Assembly: GCA_016195685.1 (NCBI GenBank)
Contig: JACPZE010000003.1
Coordinates: 899-64,898 of the forward strand
Length of the DNA stretch: 64,000 bases
Source of the DNA: Candidatus Gottesmanbacteria bacterium
GTDB lineage: Bacteria > Patescibacteriota > Microgenomatia > 2-02-FULL-39-11
Reading direction: 5' to 3'
The position numbers were made by a program, and so were the translations under genes. The notes beneath the pieces were generated by a model. The model was not told the origin of the DNA, ran no database searches, and saw nothing but the letters and a program-made list of their open reading frames with translations. This document shows, piece by piece, positions 59,100 to 64,000 of this stretch (positions are counted from its first letter, which is position 1; each line of letters opens with the position of its first letter).

Positions 59100-60080
59100 C
59101 TAGTGTCCCCTATTTATCCAGTAATTTTCATCCACTTTACCGTTTGCCAAATCATTCCAATAATCTTCCCCCATTAAATTTCCGCTTCTTTCTTTCATAC
59201 GCTTTTTCATGAGGGATATTTTTGCATATAATATGCTGTCAGATTGAGCAATATTCATAATATCCTGATACTTATTCATCAACCACCATGCAACAGTTGC
59301 CTGATCTTCATCAGCATCTACAGTTCCGTACCGTTCAGCAAATCCTTGCGGTCTTGAGTTAATATCAAAATATTTCCAGGTTCTTCTATCAAAAAGATTA
59401 AAAGCTGGCAGTGGCCACTGATATTCATATAACTCTGCACCTTCCGGACCATTCAAATTTACCCATTCAGCATCCCCGATTGGAAATTTTTGCTCCCTTT
59501 TGATTGCAAGATGATTTAACTCATGATGAAAACCCCACGGCTCACCATTATCATCCAGCTCTACAAAAAATGAGTTTTCGATCGGACATGCTTCTGAACG
59601 GGAAGAACATGCCTTTCCACCCCAATCGTTACCATCTTGCTTCAATTTCTTAATTAACCTAATTTCATCTAATTTAGTGTACCTTATATATGTGGGAGGA
59701 TATTTGGCCAGTTCCTTCTTAAGGCTATAAATCGCGTTTAATTCCTCACAGGCCGTAAGTTTTTGGCCTGAAAATTTTGCCCTTTTTTCTTCATCAGTCA
59801 AATCTCCAGAATAGATATATACACCATAACGTACCTTCAATTCTGCTTTCAATTGCGCAATAGCTTTATTTTGACTTTCACCATCTGCTGGACAACCTAA
59901 ATCTGAAAATGCAGCTGTTTGAACCCCAACCGTAGAAGAATTAATACTTGCATAAGTGGGAGTAGTGGTGGTAAAACCTCGTTGCGTTCCTGTACCAGCT
60001 AATTTTTGTAACGCGTCAATTGAATCTACTATAGGTTTCGCACCAAATACATATGCGGCGGCTTGTGCGCTATTACGCAA
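59100..60080 (-). CDS. HExxH-motif putative zinc metallopeptidase (C-terminal part of a split gene)
   Basis: FHHELNHLAI motif; begins at TTG directly after an in-frame stop; overlaps upstream ORF in another frame. Confidence 0.4.
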   Translation of the reverse strand: MRNSAQAAAYVFGAKPIVDSIDALQKLAGTGTQRGFTTTTPTYASINSSTVGVQTAAFSDLGCPADGESQNKAIAQLKAELKVRYGVYIYSGDLTDEEKRAKFSGQKLTACEELNAIYSLKKELAKYPPTYIRYTKLDEIRLIKKLKQDGNDWGGKACSSRSEACPIENSFFVELDDNGEPWGFHHELNHLAIKREQKFPIGDAEWVNLNGPEGAELYEYQWPLPAFNLFDRRTWKYFDINSRPQGFAERYGTVDADEDQATVAWWLMNKYQDIMNIAQSDSILYAKISLMKKRMKERSGNLMGEDYWNDLANGKVDENYWINRGH

Positions 60081-60406
60081 AAATCTCGTCTAGTAATAGC
60101 ATTTCCTGTAAATTGATGATTGACTAGTATAGCATGTTCATCCGATACTGCCACCGAATGAACCGTTTCTTTTTCTGGATTACCTATCACCCTGCGAATA
60201 AACCCCCTTCTTGGCAGTTGAGATGAGGCTGTTAAGATATTCTCTTTTGGAAATACAATACTTGATTGAGCTGTTTGGGCGGGACTGACCGGAACTAAAT
60301 GTGTCTCAGGTACAGGAATTAATGCCGTTGACTTTGGATCAGCTACAACAAAATCCGGCATTCTTTTTACCGATGTAAAAGTATCCATTTCCTGTCTGAT
60401 TGACAT
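60029..60406 (-). CDS. N-terminal part of the split HExxH gene (125 aa)
   Basis: 52-nt out-of-frame overlap with 59100..60080 around a T5 homopolymer. Confidence 0.35.
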   Translation of the reverse strand: MSIRQEMDTFTSVKRMPDFVVADPKSTALIPVPETHLVPVSPAQTAQSSIVFPKENILTASSQLPRRGFIRRVIGNPEKETVHSVAVSDEHAILVNHQFTGNAITRRDFCVIAHKPPHMYLVRNL

Positions 60407-60489
60407 AACTATAGGATATTATAGACTAAAAACCGTGCAGGTTCAAGTTTCTATAGGGATTTAAATTATTTAGTATTCTAGAGGAATAT

Positions 60490-60948
60490 TTACTTTTCTC
60501 CAAGCTGGAAGCGGATGAAGCGAGCTACGGTGATATTTTCTCCAAGTTTACCAATCACTTGCTTTACTAATCTTTCAATTGTCAATCCCGGATCACGGAT
60601 ATATTCTTGGGCAAGAAGTGCTTTCACATCTTTCGGATTCATAGAGGCTATTTGAAGACAAAGTTCGTGGGCGAGATTTTTAAAATCATCGGTTCGGGCG
60701 ACAAAATCTGTTTCACAAAGTAGTTCTACCAATACTCCCACTTTCCCCCCGGGATGGACATAACTGTCTACAATACCAGCTTTGGTCTCTCGGCCTACTT
60801 TTTTCTCCGATTTCTCTATCCCCCATTTGGCTAAAAGTGCTTCAGCCTTTTTCTCATCTCCTTTGGTTTCTTCCAAAGCGCGCCTGCAATCCATGATACC
60901 GGCGCCTGTTTTTTCCCGGAGTTTTTTGATTTGAGCAATTGTGGACAT
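60490..60948 (-). CDS. tsf: elongation factor Ts (short form)
   Basis: N-terminal UBA-like IAQIKKLREKTGAGIMDCRRALEETKGD; 152 aa. Confidence 0.85.
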   Translation of the reverse strand: MSTIAQIKKLREKTGAGIMDCRRALEETKGDEKKAEALLAKWGIEKSEKKVGRETKAGIVDSYVHPGGKVGVLVELLCETDFVARTDDFKNLAHELCLQIASMNPKDVKALLAQEYIRDPGLTIERLVKQVIGKLGENITVARFIRFQLGEK

Positions 60949-60960
60949 AAGTTTCTAAAG

Positions 60961-61767
60961 TTACTTAAGTTTCTTAGGTTTTGATTTTTTCTGCGGTTTC
61001 TCTTCTTTCTTTGCTTCAATTTTTTCTTCTGTTTTTTTCGGTAATTCTTTCTCTTTCGGTTCTGAAGTGTCTTCTTTTTTCTCACCAAGTTTTTTGCCTT
61101 CCAGATATGCATCTGCCAAGTAATTTACGATAAATTGGATGCTTCCAACTGCATCATCGTTGGCAGGTATGGGATAGTCTACATTATTCGGATTGGTGTT
61201 AGTGTCTATAATGGCCACTATCGGAATTTTACATTTGACGGCTTCCCGAAGAGATGATATCTCCCTTTTGATATCTATGATGAATATGGCTTCTGGGACT
61301 CTGGTGAGTTCTTTTACACCGGTATATACAGACTCCAGCTTACGGAGATCTTTCTCCAATTTCACTTGTTCATGCTTGGGGAATTTTTTCCAGATACCTC
61401 CATCCAGCTCTTTCCTCATCCTGTTTGCCTTGTCTATATTTTTCTTGACTTCTTCCCAATTGGTCAGAAATCCACCAATCCAACGGTTTGTGAGATAGAA
61501 AACAACTGCTCTTTTGGCAGCATCTGAAACAATGCCCTTTGATTGCCTTTTGGTAGCTACAAAAAGAACAACTTTACCTGTCTGGCCGAGATTTTTGAGA
61601 TATTCTCCAGCATTTTTCAGCCCGTCGCGGGTCTTCACCAAATCTATGATGTGTATCCCTTCACGCTCACCAAAGATAAATTCAGCCGCTTTAGGATGCC
61701 ACCTCTCTACCTTGTGGCCAAAATGACAACCTGCTTCCAATAGATCTTTCAGTGATACGTCTTTCAT
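60961..61767 (-). CDS. rpsB: 30S ribosomal protein S2 with Lys/Glu-rich C-terminal extension
   Basis: LLEAGCHFGHKVERWHPK... S2 core; tail KKEDTSEPKEKELPKKTEEK. Confidence 0.9.
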   Translation of the reverse strand: MKDVSLKDLLEAGCHFGHKVERWHPKAAEFIFGEREGIHIIDLVKTRDGLKNAGEYLKNLGQTGKVVLFVATKRQSKGIVSDAAKRAVVFYLTNRWIGGFLTNWEEVKKNIDKANRMRKELDGGIWKKFPKHEQVKLEKDLRKLESVYTGVKELTRVPEAIFIIDIKREISSLREAVKCKIPIVAIIDTNTNPNNVDYPIPANDDAVGSIQFIVNYLADAYLEGKKLGEKKEDTSEPKEKELPKKTEEKIEAKKEEKPQKKSKPKKLK

Positions 61768-62038
61768 ATTATTCTTATCTTTCTTTCCGGGTCCTGCCGC
61801 TTAGGTATCCCAAACTACGATACATCTTCGTTTGGGACCTCGCACCTATCGCGTCACCCGTAGTTAAAATTACGGTAAATAAATAAAAAACGCAAGAACA
61901 AATCTTGCGTCTGCGAAAATTTGTCTCCTTCAACCTCCATCTGAAACAAATTTTGTCAGGAGACTATTCAGATGTGAGTAATACTAATAATATAACACAA
62001 TATTAAGATATAGACAATAGACGATCAAAAGCATCTAC

Positions 62039-62713
62039 TCACCACCCGCCGCTACTTCCGCCTCCTCCGGATGATCCGCCTCCGAATCCGCCAAATCCTC
62101 CGCCTCCACCCCCATCTCCTCCAAATCCTCCCCAGGTAGTGAAAAATCCTGTCGGTAATCCCTTTGCTTTCCTCACGTTGTAATTTTTCGTCAGGATCCA
62201 GTCAAAGAAAAGACCTAGCAAGCCAAAAATTACAGCACCAAAAATCAGCCCTAAGATTGAAGCAATAAATATTCCACCTATACCTCCTAATATGATTCCT
62301 AATACTCCCCCCGGCCAAATTTCTTTTGTTCTACCCAGATACCCTGCAATATAAGTTGCAAGAAAATATAAAACTACAAATCCTATTCCTATCAAACTTC
62401 CTATCGAATCTTTTGATTGGGAATTGCCCGAAGATGTTACAGGTGCTATATCCTTGTCGGAGATATATTTCTCAAGTTGCGCTACCGCAGCAGAAGTACC
62501 ACCCTCGTAGTTTTCTTTTTTAAATTCGGGGGCTATCGTATTTCTGATGATATCTCCCGCCCTTCCGTCTGTAATATATGGTTCGAGTCCGTATCCTACT
62601 TCTATCCTGACTTTTCTGTCTTCTTTGGCGATAAGTAAGAGCAGTCCATTGTCTTTTCCCTTTTTCCCTATTTTCCAATTTTCAAAAAGTTTCACTGCAA
62701 TAACAGAAAACAA
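62039..62713 (-). pseudogene. TPM-domain (YgcG-like) protein gene, N-terminally disrupted, with Gly-rich C-terminus
   Basis: only the second half of the TPM domain is present (WKIGKKGKDNGLLLLIAKEDRKVRIEVGYGLEP); a separate 18-codon signal-peptide ORF (MKNIFFILLSVICFLLLQ) stops with TGA just upstream in another frame. Confidence 0.5.
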
Positions 62714-62882
62714 ATAACAGATAACAAAATGAAAAATATATTTTTCATATAATTCACTTAATTTAAAGAGTCTGCGGGGAGGTCATGCTTTTTGAGCACG
62801 CCCACCGTGTTTGAATCCGTCACTAGGCGGATGAGTTTGGGAGGTGCGCAAAAAAGCCATGGCCGACCTCAGCAGACGAAAA

Positions 62883-63437
62883 TTATAACTCCACCTTCGG
62901 CGCGACTTCTGAACCAGTTGTCGCCTTGAAATATGCTCGTTCCCGAAATCCAAACATGCCGGCTACAATATTGGTCGGCACTGTCTTAATCTTGGTATCA
63001 TATATTTGCACCAACTCGTTAAATCTTCTTCTCTCGACACTGATGCGATTTTCTGTTCCTGCTATTTCATCCATCAGTTTGGATACAGTCTGGTCGGATT
63101 TTAAGTTGGGATAATTTTCCATGATCACTAGTAATCGCGACAATGCGCTATCCAGACTAGAAGCACCGGCTACTTTTTCATCAACTGTTCTTGCTCCGGC
63201 GTATTGTGTCCTGGCTTGGGCAATATCGTCAAATATGCCTTTTTCCTGCTTAAGAAAACCCTTGGTAGCATTTACCAAATTGGGTATAAGATCAAACCTC
63301 CTTTGGTATTGGGTTTCCACCTGTGCCCATTGTCCGTCTATGGCAGTATTTTGGGTCACCAATCCATTGTACGAACCAAAAAGCATGACACCGACTAGAA
63401 GAATTGCGCCAATAATGACTAATAATATTTTGTTCAT
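62883..63437 (-). CDS. lemA: LemA-family protein
   Basis: N-terminal TM; conserved LemA core GLVTQNTAIDGQWAQVETQYQRRFDLIPNLV. Confidence 0.85.
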   Translation of the reverse strand: MNKILLVIIGAILLVGVMLFGSYNGLVTQNTAIDGQWAQVETQYQRRFDLIPNLVNATKGFLKQEKGIFDDIAQARTQYAGARTVDEKVAGASSLDSALSRLLVIMENYPNLKSDQTVSKLMDEIAGTENRISVERRRFNELVQIYDTKIKTVPTNIVAGMFGFRERAYFKATTGSEVAPKVEL

Positions 63438-63461
63438 AAACTATCACCTCCAATCACAATT

Positions 63462-64000
63462 TTAAATTTTGAATTGCAATTTTGCATTTTGCATTTTGAT
63501 TTTTGACTTTACTACATCCCAAATCTCTTTCTCCACTTCCGCTATCGATTTACTACCATCTAATACAAAATACCGATCCTTAAAATTTACAGTTAGTTTC
63601 TTATAACCTTTATATACACGATCATAGAAATCTTTTTGCTGCAAATCAAGACGGTCAATTTTCTCAGTACCATTTCGACGAGAAAATCCCAAAGCAGGCG
63701 TTACATCTAGGAAAATTGTAAGATTTGGCAAAACTTCATCTATAGCTAATTTATTTAACTGCCAAATGGTTTCCTCACTTAATCCCCTTCCATATCCCTG
63801 GTAAGCAAGCGAAGAATCGACGAAGCGATCAACGATGACAATTTTATTGTCTTTCAGGGCCGGACGTATAATTTCGCGCACTAATTGTGCACGGGCCGAA
63901 GACATAAGATATGCCTCGGTTGTCGCCGTCAGATCCACATTCTCACGTCCGTGCGTGATGTTTCGGATAAGTTCACCTATTCTTGTCCCTCCGGGTTCCC
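63462..64000 (-). CDS. tmk: thymidylate kinase (partial; 5' end beyond window)
   Basis: DRFVDSSLAYQG and LID-region pattern; reading frame stays open upstream of the annotated GTG up to the window edge (…GTRIGELIRNITHGREN). Confidence 0.7.
   Translation of the reverse strand, partial: EPGGTRIGELIRNITHGRENVDLTATTEAYLMSSARAQLVREIIRPALKDNKIVIVDRFVDSSLAYQGYGRGLSEETIWQLNKLAIDEVLPNLTIFLDVTPALGFSRRNGTEKIDRLDLQQKDFYDRVYKGYKKLTVNFKDRYFVLDGSKSIAEVEKEIWDVVKSKIKMQNAKLQFKI

Noticed and set aside
1-64000. CRISPR arrays, rRNA genes, integrase/transposase genes
   Set aside because: No regularly spaced direct repeats of CRISPR type, no rRNA-like conserved stretches, and no ORF with integrase or transposase motifs were seen. 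The only mobile-element-like signals are the GIY-YIG mini-element and the tRNA 3'-end repeat.

Overview
This 64 kb window comes from a low-GC (about 35-38 %), gene-dense, streamlined bacterial chromosome. Most genes sit on the minus strand with short or overlapping junctions. Code 11 is supported because TGA terminates clear genes (rpmE, the release factor, the DUF62 gene). The gene content points to a reduced, Patescibacteria/CPR-like organism. Evidence for that: a 152-aa EF-Ts, r-proteins with Lys-rich tails, an archaeal-type ProRS, weak Shine-Dalgarno usage, and many small secreted hypotheticals. The core is housekeeping: dnaB, dnaX-ybaB, recR, prs, cysS, hisS, proS, ahcY, ychF, rpsF-ssb-rpsR, rpsU-ybeY, rpmE plus a release factor, frr, tsf-rpsB, rseP, htrA, ctpA, pepA, lgt, and one tRNA-Leu(CAA). 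Notable non-coding elements are a T-box-type leader in front of an ocd-csaA-proS (proline) operon, and a tRNA-Leu whose 3' end is repeated 1.6 kb away around a single surface-protein gene. Two near-identical ~175-nt intergenic elements bracket the sufT-like gene and recR. The most accessory stretch is a ~7.5 kb island wedged between frr and tsf-rpsB, a locus normally contiguous as rpsB-tsf-pyrH-frr. It carries a GIY-YIG mini-element with terminal inverted repeats, a 729-aa FtsK/HerA/T4CP-type ATPase, a Phd-VapC pair, a truncated Dcd/dUTPase-like gene, a candidate sRNA, a sharply GC-rich (foreign) secreted-protein gene, a duplicated promoter/5' segment, and a frameshifted HExxH protein. Other items worth a look are a nitroreductase-like plus GH3/PaaK-like adenylating-enzyme plus 184-aa module, an N-terminally truncated RF1 translationally coupled to rpmE, and an ORF with an in-frame TGA. 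No CRISPR array or rRNA was seen.
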